Assembly (NCBI GenBank): GCA_951406725.2
Contig: OX597827.1
Span: 28,272,001-28,336,000, forward strand
DNA from: Octopus vulgaris
Taxonomy: Eukaryota
Reading direction: 5' to 3'
Length of the DNA: 64,000 nucleotides
The position numbers were made by a program, and so were the translations under genes. The notes below the pieces were generated by a model, which saw nothing but the letters and a program-made list of their open reading frames with translations, was not told the DNA's origin and ran no database searches. This document shows, in pieces, positions 1-11,600 of the stretch (position 1 is the stretch's first letter; each line of letters starts with the position of its first letter).

Positions 1-267
1 AGGTATGTATAACTGAATAGATAAATAGTAAAACAAGATAAATACGTACATATGTAGACAGATACATACATACGTATATATGTATATTCCAAATGAACGT
101 TTGCGATACAAATTAAATCCAATATAAATTATCTTAGACATTCGAAGAACTACTTTGAGACTGTAAAAGAATATCAAGCACTCTCTTGGGGGTGGAAATT
201 GCAGGCGGCGAGGGATTAGTTCAATGATCTTGTCCTTATTTAGTCACAAAGTAATGCTTATAAATAA

Positions 268-640
268 TTAATAAACATATATATTTGTGTCTATATATAT
301 GTAGTTATATATATATATGTATGTGTGTGTATGTGTGTATGAGTGTGTATGTGTGTATGTACATACATATATAAATATATAAGTATACACACTCACACAC
401 ACATATATATATTTATACATACATACATACATATATATATAGACACATGCATATATAGATTCATACACACATTCATATATAAATATAAATACATACAAAC
501 ACACATATAGATATATATTCATACATACAAATGTATAGATACATCTATGCATGTTTTTTATGGACGGATGGATGTGTGTTTGTGCATAGGTATGTAGGTG
601 TGCGTGTGTGTACATGTGTGTGTGTGTGTGTTTGTGCACT
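268..640. repeat. Compound (TA)n/(TG)n/(CATA)n microsatellite tract
   Basis: Dinucleotide and tetranucleotide runs are directly visible; the overlapping ORFs are H/T/Y/I/C/V low-complexity artefacts. Confidence 0.9.
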
Positions 641-1673
641 TATAAGTAAAGATTCTTTGAAGAATAACCTAAGAATGCACGAAGAATGTCCAAACGAAAT
701 CTATTTGCGTCTCAGTGTCCTTTACAACATTTCATTCCTCAACTGGTTGAAATGAATCCACATGTCGTGTTTGTATGACACTCTGAAATATTAAACTTTA
801 AATATCCTTATCAGGAATCGAGGTCGACTTTGCCATTCATTTTTCTGGGGTCGATAATATAAAGTATCTGGCATGTACCGCGATTGATAGTTTGTTTATG
901 GTCCATTCAAGTAGTGAGTTGGGTGAGTTGTATCCAATTATGGGTGGCTTATCTGGTATTCTTTGAAGGAATCTATCCAGACTCCGTTTAAAGTTGATGG
1001 GATCCTTTTCCTCTTTGATCTCCCTCGGGACAATGTTAAACAGGGCAGGGACTGTTGAGGAAAAGAAATTATGTTGTAGTGTACATGTATGCTGTGATCT
1101 TGAATTGGGCAGGGGGCGTATGGCCCGTGGTCCCAGTCTTGGATGAACCTTGAAGCAAATGTTAAGGTCGTTTGGGCAAAGTTGGTGGTATATTCCCCAC
1201 ATCGTACAAATGATGTACCGCTCACGTCGACGCTGGAGAGAGTAAAGTTTCAAGGCTTTAAGGCGATCCCAATAATCGAGAATAGCCATGCCTTCAATTC
1301 GTTTAGTGAGTGCTCTCTGGGGTGACTCAATCCTGGAGATGTTTTGTCTTGTATGGGGAGACCACAGTGGGCAGCAATATTCGAGGTGTGGCCGTACAAA
1401 GGAGGAGAAAAGTGGTATGATGACATCTTGTTCTCTGGACCGGAAAGTTCTTAAGATCCAGGAACTCATCCTACGAGCTATATCGACCTTCTTGTTGATG
1501 TGTGCACTCCAACTGAGATCGTCATCAACAATTACACCCAGGTCTATGATATTGTTAGGGGCTGTGAGCGGTTCCCCTGAAGGAAGAGAGTATGGCTGTT
1601 TTAGTGAGGAATTTCTTCCAAAATGCATCAGCTCAAATTTTCCCTCATTCAGTTGCATTTTTTTTCTGTCTGC

Positions 1674-2660
1674 TCATTGACCCACAGCATATAGATCAGA
1701 CTGGAGTTGAGTTCGGTCTGCTTCTTCATTGACGATTTGCTGGAGCTTAGTGTCATCAGCAAATATTTTCACTTTGCAGTAATGTACGACACTGGAAAGG
1801 TCGTTTACGTAAATTATGAAGAGTAGCGGACCCAAGACAGTCCCCTGGGGGACACCGCTGGTGACTTTTGCTGGGCTTGAGTGGACTCCATCAACTACAA
1901 CATGTTGTGTTCTATTCGCCAGGAAATACTTAATCCAGTGTAGAACTTTTCCACGGATTCCAACATTTGCCAATTTTGAAAGTAGGATATTATGGTCTAC
2001 CCTGTCGAACCCTTTACTGAAATCAAGATATATGACGTCAGAGTTCGAACCTGTTTCCAAGGCTTTGAGTACATCTTCAATGTGGTGTAAGAGCTGTGTT
2101 AGACAGTCCCTGCCACAGCGAAAGCCATGCTGATTTGCATTTAGGAGTTTGTGGGTCTCCAGGAAGTCAGCTATCCTTGATCTTAACACTCTTTCAAACA
2201 CTTTAATGATGTGGGAGGTGAGTGAGATTGGGCGATAGTTGACTGCGAGGGATCTGTTTCCCTGTTTGAAAACCGGGATGACCGACTGGAATAGAAACTG
2301 TTTCGGTATATAACCTGCGTCTAACGAATTTCTCCAGAGGTTGGTCAAAGGGACTGCAAGTTGGTGTCTACATTCCTTCAGGAGACTAGCGGGGAATCTA
2401 TCAGGGCCTACAGCAGAGTAGTATTTGACCTCATTTATTGCTGCTACGATGTCAGTGTCAGTGAAGGTTATGTCTGAGATTTTATGTTGGGAGTCAACTT
2501 CGTTCGCTTCTCTTACGTCAATATCAGTGGGAACACTAAAGACAGAGCAGTATTGCTTCTGCAGTATTTCTGCCATTTCTTTAGCATCGTGTTGGGGAAT
2601 GCCGTTATCATCAATCAATGGCCCAAATGGGTGAGACAGTGGTTCTATGCTTATTTGCAT
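1674..2660 (-). pseudogene. Reverse transcriptase domain of CR1-group LINE ORF2
   Basis: Motifs YRPISLTS, QHGFRCGRDC, YLDFSKGFD, GVPQG and IFADD; a premature stop separates it from the 837-1658 continuation. Confidence 0.92.
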
Positions 2661-2825
2661 AAGAATAGAACACTTTTGGGTTCTGTTTGATGTTTTTGAT
2701 CACCCACTGTTCCTCCACAGCTCTTTGATTTTCAATGCAGGTTTTCATGTCAGTCTGTAGATGAAGTTTTTTTAGCTCTAGCCTTTTCATTGTTGTTGAA
2801 TGTGGATGTTGTGTGTGGGAATATT

Positions 2826-3620
2826 TTAATTGGTTGATTCAATGTTTTCAAAGTGCTGCCATGCGGTCTCAATATGGGTGGAATTGAGAGTAAAAGACCA
2901 GTCGATGAAAGACTGATACTTTCTGATTGTTCCCCAGTCCGCTTTGTGGAAGTTTATGTTGTCAAATGGGTGCCATGGAGTGGGACTGGCTGGTTTGGTT
3001 TTTATATGTCGGGCATTAAATCTGCAGAGTACCATCTCGTGGTCTGAGAGGAGATTTCTTTCAACTGAAATACTGTGAACGAAGTTAGAGTGATTGGTCA
3101 ATACCAGATCCAAGATCGTTTTATTCTGCCTCGTTGGTTCGAGTACTAGCTGAGTCAGGAAGTATTTGTCCATCAGATTAAAGAGCAGTTCTGCTGCTGC
3201 TCTATCTGATGTAGAGCACTTGCCTAACTTCAGAGTATTTGTGGGCCAGTTCACATGAGGGAGGTTAAAATCACCCATCACTAGTATGTTTCCGGAGTGG
3301 TACTTCCGAAGGAAGGACTTGACTTTGCTAAGGCACTCTTCAAAGCACTTTAGAGGTGCCTGAGGAGGCCTGTAGAGACCAGCAATGATTATGCCCTTGG
3401 CCTTGCTGAATAGTAATACCGATTCACAGTAGCCATTGGAAAATATGTCCTTGCCATCAAGTGAAAAGGAGTCATGGATAAAGATGGCTGTCCCTCCCTT
3501 ATTTCGGTCTGTGCGATCCGCACGAACAATGGTGAAAACTTTTATTTTCACATCGGCGTCCATATGGGTGTTGTTCAGGTGAGTCTCGGTAAGGATAAAG
3601 AAAGGGAAGCAATGTGCCGT
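2826..3620 (-). pseudogene. APE endonuclease domain of CR1-group LINE ORF2
   Basis: Motifs LTETHL, RADR..KGGTAI, YRPP, GDFN, LDLV and SDH. Confidence 0.9.
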
Positions 3621-4879
3621 TTTGGCAAGCCAACTCTCTATTTATGGGATCTTCCATTTTTGGGCAATAATTGATGGGTTGATGCCACGTACATTTAACA
3701 GGAATGTCAAGGTAAGGGAACTTTAATGTTTGCATTGTTCTAAGTTATGTTTTATTTTGTTCAGTGGTAAGAATGTAGGTAGTTCTTATATGGAGCTGTG
3801 TGTGTATGATTTTCTTGTTGGTAATGGGTGTGTGGTCCCTGTGATTTGCATAGGCGGTTGCTGGTAGCTCGTTGGATCTCCTGGCTTAGGTCGGCCTTCA
3901 TATTTTCTAGGTAAGTCAGTAAAAAAGAGTTACCTCTTTGGTTTGCCACTGGGTCAGAGGTTACATATTCCATGTTGGTGTTATGGTTTTTTCATGGTTC
4001 TGTATACGTTGTTTGATTGTAGGAGGGGAAACGTGGTTGTATTTTGTTCTTGTTGTTGTCTTAGATTTCCTCTGTTGCTGTTTATATTTATTCTGTGATC
4101 GTTTTGTGCCCTTCAGATGGTGGTGGTTGCATTCTGGGTTCAGGCACATCCTTTGTGACACAGAAGTTTGGCACAGTTTAGGATGGAAGAAGGTGCATCC
4201 ATTGCCTTTTGTGTATCCATATTTGGGATCAGGACCATGGACTCTGTATTTAGGACAGTATTTGGTGTGGAGGTGAGGGCAGTTTTTTCCCGTTATACCA
4301 TATGGACAGGTGCCCTTAACAAGTCTACGACATAAGGTAGGATGGGAAAAAGCACAGCGTCCATTGTTGTTGGTGCTGCTGGGGCCAAATCTACAGTTGC
4401 CTTTAGACTAGTAACGGCAGGATGTTTTATGTGAGTGTAGTAGTGGTTTTTCTATTCTGGCTGTAGTAGCAGTATCAGAGTGTTGTTGTTTCAATGTAGT
4501 GTCAGAAGCAGGTCGTTGTTTTTGTGATAGTGGGTTCTGGCTTGCCAGAATTGGGCCTAATCTGCAGCTGCCTTAAGAATAGTAACGGCAGGGTGTTTTA
4601 TGTGGGTGTAGTAGTGGTTTTTCTATTCTGGCTGTAGTAGCAGTAGCAGCGTGTTGTTGTTGTTGTTGTTGTTGCTGTAGCAGCAGTGAAACTTGACTTG
4701 TAGCAAAGTGTTGTTGTTGTTGTTGTTGTTACTGTAGCAGCAGTGAAACTTGACTTGGGTTGTCAGGTGCTGGTTCCAATGGAATTAGGTCAGTTGTTTG
4801 TTGCTGTTGAAGTGACCCCTGACCTGTTGGAGTTGGTCATTTGGTGCACTGCATTCATTGGCAAGAATGGCTTCTAGTG

Positions 4880-5080
4880 TTGCCATGTGCGCGTGAAAAA
4901 TAGGAAATATTCTTTTAATCTCTTTTCGATCTGTTTTACAGATCTATGACGGGATTGTTTCGCTAAGTTTTCAGCTATTTTACTGTAAACATTAGCTTCG
5001 TTGTGATGAATGAACCAAGCCTTTATCATTGCAGTAATTTCATTTTCAACCCAGTGGCGTTTTTGAATATTATTGGCCAT
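4880..5080 (-). pseudogene. Myb/SANT-like trihelix DNA-binding domain remnant (PIF/Harbinger-type accessory gene or host fragment)
   Basis: RHWVENEITAMIKAW...NVYSKIAENLAKQSRHRSVKQIEKRLKEY fits the W-x3-E-x4-I-x2-W...Y-x2-IA-x2-L...R-x3-Q...LK pattern of trihelix domains. Confidence 0.55.
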
Positions 5081-5498
5081 ATTCAGTGGGACAGTATTGC
5101 GTAATATATATGTATGTGTATGCGTGTATATGTATATGTACACCAGTTATTGATGGCTTGATGTAAAATAGTGAATACACCGTTGAAAAGTTTGTGTCGA
5201 TATACTCGGAGATGCGTGGCTTGTGTGCGGGAGAGTTCAGTGTATTTAGTACAATCAGGATGAGCGGTGTGTTTAATACAGATCAAGAAAAAAGAAAGAA
5301 GAATTGTACTCACGGGACTAGTTTTAGAACTAGTCTTGGGTTTAGTTTTGGTTTATATTTCTTTCTCCAGGTTGTATATAGATTTGTATAAATTTATCTT
5401 CCGATGGTAGTAAAAGAGTAGAATAGTAGAATTGTAGAATTCAAAAGTTCTGAGACTAAAAACAAGGAGAGTTTTTGCTGGCTTGAGTTGAAATACAT

Positions 5499-5533
<35 letters not shown>

Positions 5534-5907
5534 ATATATATACCGGCCAAGTCACAAACGCAAATATGAACTGCAAAAGCAGAAATTTAAGTTACTGCCT
5601 TAGATGCTCGAGCTGTGAAGATCTATATGTGTGTCAGACTGGAAATGCACCATCAGAACGTACACGTGTGCACCGACAACAAATTAGAGACCCAGATGTC
5701 CGTCAAGATACATTTGAATAACCATTTAGCAACGTGTGATCGGAAAATATTCATAAAATTTCTATTCCACAAACTACAGAGTCCAAGTGAAATTGAGAGT
5801 AAAATCAGAGAAAATAATTTTATTAATTAATTCCAACCCAAGCTGAATAAACAATATTAATAATAATACTTAGAAGTAATATTTCTACTGCTACGACTAC
5901 TACCACT

Positions 5908-5949
<42 letters not shown>

Positions 5950-6317
5950 AAAGATCTCATGATAACGATAGCAGGAAAATACTAGCTAAGTCCAAAGAAA
6001 AGTCAGTAAAAAGAATCTTATTCAGAGTTTAAAGTGCTACTCCTACCACCACCACCACCAACAACAAGAACAAGAACAAGAACAACAACAACATCAACAA
6101 CAATAACAACGACAACAATAATAAAGATGAATATCATGGTGATGATGATAACTGGAATGTAAAAATCCCTGGGAAATGTTGTTTACAACATTTCTAAGAA
6201 TAGCCAAACAATTACAGCTTTGGCCAGGGTCGAAATACAGGTCCCTTGACATGTTCAACAAACCGTGACGCCTAAACCAAACATCAATTAACTTAAATAA
6301 TTTAGTGAAGCCAAAGT

Positions 6318-6520
6318 CGGCGAGTTGGCAGAGTTGTTAGCACGGCGGGCGAAATGCTTAGCGGTATTTTGTCTGTTTTTACGTTCTGAGTTCAAATTCC
6401 GTCGAGGTCGACTTTGCCTTTCATCAATAAATTAAGTACCAGTTGCTTACTGGGGTCTATCTAAACGACTGCCCCCCCCCCCTTCAAAAATTTCAGGCCT
6501 TGCGCCTAGAGAAGAAAAGA
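6318..6520 (+). mobile_element. tRNA-derived SINE family B
   Basis: Head with a box-B-like GAGTTCAAATTCC, then GTCGAGGTCGACTTTGCCTTTCAT; the same motif recurs at ~795-865, 22390-22945, 24500-24662, 25817-25985 and 49452-49610. Confidence 0.82.
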
Positions 6521-6656
6521 GTTTTAATGAAGTTACACACTGACTGAGGTTGCAAAACTTAACATTATGGAACCTGTATAAATGTATTTAAGGCACACAC
6601 TTTAGCCATCTCGCCACGCTTGTAAATTGCAAAACATAACTATCACCACTATCACA

Positions 6657-6701
6657 TGAAACTGAAGATTGCATGGTTTAATGTATGAAAGTACTAGTTC
6701 A
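6657..6701 (+). ncRNA. Minimal type I hammerhead ribozyme motif (PLE family A, diverged copy)
   Basis: TGAA(A) CTGAAGA TTGCA-loop-TGTAT GAAA GTAC TA GTTCA; core intact, with a mismatch at the first stem I pair. Confidence 0.6.
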
Positions 6702-8489
6702 ATCAGAATGGACATTTAATATTCTATCATTTCATTATATTATTATAAGATTGTAAATAACATGTGAAAATCAGACAAAATAGGAATTCCTTTGACTAAT
6801 ATATTCTTCTATACACAATCACCCTCGTGTGTGAAGAGAGAAAGAGACACAGACAGAGATGCATACATTCATTGAACACGTTTTTATATAAGTGTAGTCG
6901 TTTTTACTTAGGATGTTTCTTAAGAAACTACTGAAACTTGTTTGTTTAATCAATTCACGTTTCTTTCTAATTCTAAGACTACAAAAACCAACATTGTGTG
7001 ATTTCCCTTGGGTTATTTAAAGAAATTTCTTAGAAAATGCTAACTGCAATGTACGTATTAAAGAAAAAAAAAGTTCTTCAGGTTATATATCTTTTATTGG
7101 TTTCAGTCATTAAACTGCGGGCACCTTGAAGAGTTTTTAGTCGAAGGATTTGACCCAGTGCTTTTTCTCTTGCTTTCTTTTGATGAAGTGCTAAGTTACA
7201 GAGTATTTAAACAAACACGCACACACATATAAATATATATATTTTCAAGAAGTCAAATGTTATGACGGTCATAGAGTGCCCATGGTTTTCGCGCTATAAA
7301 GCGCTTAGTTTTAAAGGCGACTTGTCAGACTCAAATTGCGCAAGACGCATATGCTCTCTACAATTAGAGGAAGAAATGAACAACGGTCGGTTGGTTTGTA
7401 AACAAAAAATGTAGAAGAACTGTCCGTGGTGCAGGCGGGCCTGGGTTATCCTCCTCACATTGGTTCCGGTCGTGGTGATATTCAAACGATTTGAAACGGG
7501 CCTATTCAACGAATGGGGAATTCCAAGTTTGTTGTAGGAAACGATTTTAGAATAAAGGCATTGGCTGAATACTTCTTTCCTGGAGTTTTAGAAGCCCCCT
7601 TGATCGAGCGAGCTTTTCAGGATTCTTACCCTTTTTGTTAAGCAAAACTAACATCCTTTGCTCCTGCTTATATAAGTCTCTTGTTATTCAAGGAGCATCC
7701 ATTTAATTATGTATGAGGTCCTCCTCTTCTTTTAAGTGCCATACGTGGTTGGCTAGGGGCGTGATTTTTCGCCTTTCACTTACCTTAAAAGATGACTTGT
7801 GGTTGTTCAGACGTCTCAGAAGTTCCTTCAACAACCGAGGATTTATATAAACGGTAGCAAACTATGCAGGCAATGTGCAAGTTACTATCCCTTAGGTATT
7901 GTTACTTAAGTATTTACCTACAAAATCAAGTGCACAAATTATTATTGGTATTAAAGTGAATTTATAATCTGGATATAAAAGCTGGAGGTTTTGAAGCAGT
8001 TATTCATAGTCATCTGCTTTCTTTTTGATTTGCCAAAGAGATATTTACATCAGCAGGGCAGATCACCTCTATGACGGTATATACATCGTCTTGTATGCGC
8101 CAAACAACAGTGTCCGGGTACGTATGTGTGTGCATATATATGTATGTATATATGTAGGTAGGTAGATAGGTAGGTAGGTAGGTAGGTAGGTAGGTAGGTA
8201 GGTACATGTGTGTGTATGTAATATTATTAAGACAATGAGAGAGATGACTATCTGAGCGTGCTTGTTAATTCTTTATTGCGTACCAATAAGTTGAAATTCA
8301 AACGGTGTTGAACTCTATTTTTTTCCTTCCCCGCTTCGCCTTTTATCCCAGATCCTCAGTTTCTTCTCCCTCCTTCTCGTTCTGAGTTTCGACTACATGC
8401 TAAATTTTTATAGGGCCGATTTAGTTAAATTTCATTGTTTATCATGTTTCTGCCTGCCTTTAATTTCTTTTAAATACCCACATCAGGCA

Positions 8490-8660
8490 TATCTATCTAC
8501 CTACCGACCTACCTACCGACCGACCTACCTACCTACCTACCTACCTACCTACCTACCTACCTACCTACCTACCTACCTACCTATCTACCTATCTACCTAT
8601 CTATCAGTCTCACAATCTATCTCTCAATCTATCTATCTGTCTGTCTATCTATCTATCTAT
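8490..8660. repeat. (CTAC)n/(CTAT)n tetranucleotide microsatellite
   Basis: Directly visible; abuts the 5' end of the Tx1-like LINE. Confidence 0.9.
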
Positions 8661-11600
8661 GAACAGGATTCCCTGTCACCATACGCTGAACCTGACAGTT
8701 TGAACGCTACTGACACCACCACCACCACCACCACCATCAGCATCGACAACTGCAACAACTACAAAACAAAGGTCGCAAGGCCAAGCACCGTCACCGCCAC
8801 CAATGATTCCACCATCAACACCGACACCACCACCATGGCAGCTTCTGCTACTACAACTGCTACCTCTGCTAACGATACCACTACCTACAACAATAACAAA
8901 ACCAAGATCACCAGACCAATCACCATCATCGCCACCAAAGACCGTGCCGTCAATACCAATACCACCACTTCAATATCTGCTACTACGACTGCCTCCCTTG
9001 CTACAAATACCACCGCCGCCACCAAGAATGACAATAACAACAATAACAACAACAACAACAACAATTCCCTTCAGCCATTGCTCCCTCCACCACCAACAAC
9101 TGAAGGAGAGAAAGAAAAAACCGCGACCACCAAACGAATTGCCGAAATTTGCTCAAACGCAGGGGCAAATTATGCAGACAACTTTCCACCCCTTGCTAGT
9201 TGCATAATCAGCAACCATACACCTAATATACCCACAGCCTACACCCCTGCCATCAACACCAACACCACCAGCAGTAACAGCAATAACAAAACAACAACAA
9301 ACTTCGCCGAGGCGATAAAAGAAAAAAACAATAGTATCGTTTACTGCACAGCAGATAAAAGACACCAAAGCCCTAATCACCAAAGAAAACGGCAAAGTGC
9401 AATTACACATACAACAACACGTAGTGGATGACGAAAAAAAGAAAACAATTATATATAAAATAATAAACAACACAACTAAAAGTCCAGAAAAAGCAAACAC
9501 AGACAAAATCGAAAATGCCTACGCCCCATCTGGGGATACAAAGAGTATGTAACTTGGTCGAACAAGTTTGCCCACGTACAGGTAGTTTTTCAAAATGAAG
9601 AGTTAGCAAAACAATTCTCAACGCTAACTGCTTCATTCGGATGAGCTAACAATGACACCCAGTTACCTTGGCCAGAGGGTAACAAAAGTCATTATCAATA
9701 ATGTTCCTCAAATAGCAGACACACTATGGATTACATCAGCCACATGCGTCGAAATGGAGGACATAAACATCTTGCAAATCGCTGTTTCGGAACACAAGAA
9801 CTGGCTGGGAAATAGACTGGAGATTCTTCTCCGCATAAACCAAGACGCCATTAACAAAATACCCACCCATATACATCTTGTGGAAGACCACAAGTTGTAT
9901 GTAGTAGTCGAGGGCAGAAGGCCACGCTACTATATATGCGGCAGTGAAGCACACCTCAAAAAGGAGTGCAAATCTGCCGCGAAACAACGACAACAACAAC
10001 AGCAGCCGCAGGAAAAACCAAAAAAGCCAGCATTATTGCCCACACCACAGTATCGACGGCTAATCAAGCAGCTATATGTGGAAATGCATGAAAAGCAACA
10101 AAGAACGGACCAACCCAAACAAACAACACCACCGCCTGCACCAAGAACAGAATCAACACCACCACCAACAACTAAACCAATTCCAGCACCAAGAACAACA
10201 ACGAAGAAGACAAGCACCGAGGATGTAGAAGAGACAATCACCACACCAAACTCCCCAGCACCCCCTCCCCGCACACCACAACAATATCTACAACCGCACA
10301 AACAGACCCAGATGCTTTGCCCTTACACCCTTCTGATTCGTCAGACTTTTCATCTAACGATGAGAGTTCGACAGAATGGCAACTAGCCACCGGGGGTAAA
10401 AGAAAAAGATTAAAAAAACCCAAACAAGAAAATGCAACCTAAGCAGGGAGATATCTGAACCCTTAAAGCTTCTTACACAACCAAACCAGCCCCAACACCA
10501 CAAAAACACACACAATGCTATCAGCGATATACACCAAAGACTCAAAACTAATGGAGTACATCACAGCCCACACAAACATCTGTGAAGATGACTTCAAAAC
10601 TAACAGCCATCCACGCACTACACCACCCAAACACATCAAAATACTACACATCACACAAACACACACCACACACTCAAAGCCCTCTTTCCAAATGCGGTTG
10701 GGGGGTTCCAAAAATATCTCTCACAAAAACTCTATAAAAACCTTCTCCAAGACACATCAAAGGACGAGGAAGCCAAAACTTTCGACACAAGTAAGTAACT
10801 CTCTGTACCCTCCTTTTTATGTTTTAAAGCACACACCTCAATAGAATCATAGTCAAGATTGGTTGTGTGAATGCGCGTGGCTTAGGGTCTCCTTGGAAAC
10901 AAGGGTACCTCCTAAATGACATCAAGTCACACGATTTGGGAATCATAGCCATAAGCGAGACAAGACTCCACGAGCCACGGGCCCTAAAGTCCATGTTTGG
11001 CGGACAGTTTAACTTTTATTTTTCTCCCTTTCTGCCGAGGATGGGCGGTAGTGGCACCGCGGTACTTTTTCACAAGAGCCTGGATCTCGAAGTCAAGACG
11101 ATATTCGTAGACCCGGAGGGTAGACTGGTCGTTCTGGATGTCGACGGCAGCAATGGGCGCGCTTTTCGACTCGTATCAGTCTACGCACCGCCTTTAACAG
11201 GTCGGCCGGATTTCTTTCGACGTCTAGAAGTATTCCTGGGAACGTCTCGTCCTTTACTTTCAGTGGGGGATTGGAATGCTACCTTGGACGCGCAGCTAGA
11301 CTATGTGGGGAGAGACAAAAACAGAAGGGGATGCAAATGCCTCTGAGACCTGCTCAGACGATTCCAACTATCTGACAGGTACCGGATCGACCACCCAAAT
11401 GCACCAACATGGGCATGGAGCAACCGCAGTGGGTCATCGAGATCCTATCTAGATAGGATACTGTGTAGGACAGTAGACAGGGATAACTTAGGATGTCCAC
11501 AATTCCACACAGTCAGCTACACGGATCACAAATTCGTGACGTGTACGCTAGACCTAGATAAGGCACATTGACAGGGTCCCGGTTACTGGAAACTGAACGC

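Larger units (their letters stand above)
870..4872 (-). mobile_element. Decayed CR1/Jockey-group LINE (ORF1 with CCCH fingers; ORF2 APE endonuclease + reverse transcriptase)
   Basis: Minus-strand fragments in order: CCCH-rich ORF1 (~4100-4600), endonuclease (2826-3563: GLYRPP, MGDFNLP, LDLVLTN, SDH), RT (1674-2660: NYRPISLTS, QHGFR, YLDFSKGFD, SGVPQGTVLGP, FADD) and C-terminus (837-1658: RPHLEYCCPLWSP, QRRRERY). Several stops and frameshifts. Confidence 0.93.
5540..6795 (+). mobile_element. Diverged 5'-truncated Penelope-like element (family A): GIY-YIG remnant + 3' region, interrupted by a SINE
   Basis: [30 protein letters not shown]...RVHRQQIRDP is homologous to 31630-31930; the downstream non-coding part matches 31930-32595. 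Confidence 0.88.

Noticed and set aside
1143-2690. Plus-strand ORFs over the LINE (similarly 61580-62836 and 11659-12889)
   Set aside because: Antisense or alternative-frame shadows of RT coding sequence.
7258-7922. Possible solo LTR (TGT...ACA, TATA-like boxes)
   Set aside because: No matching target-site duplication and no second copy in the window.
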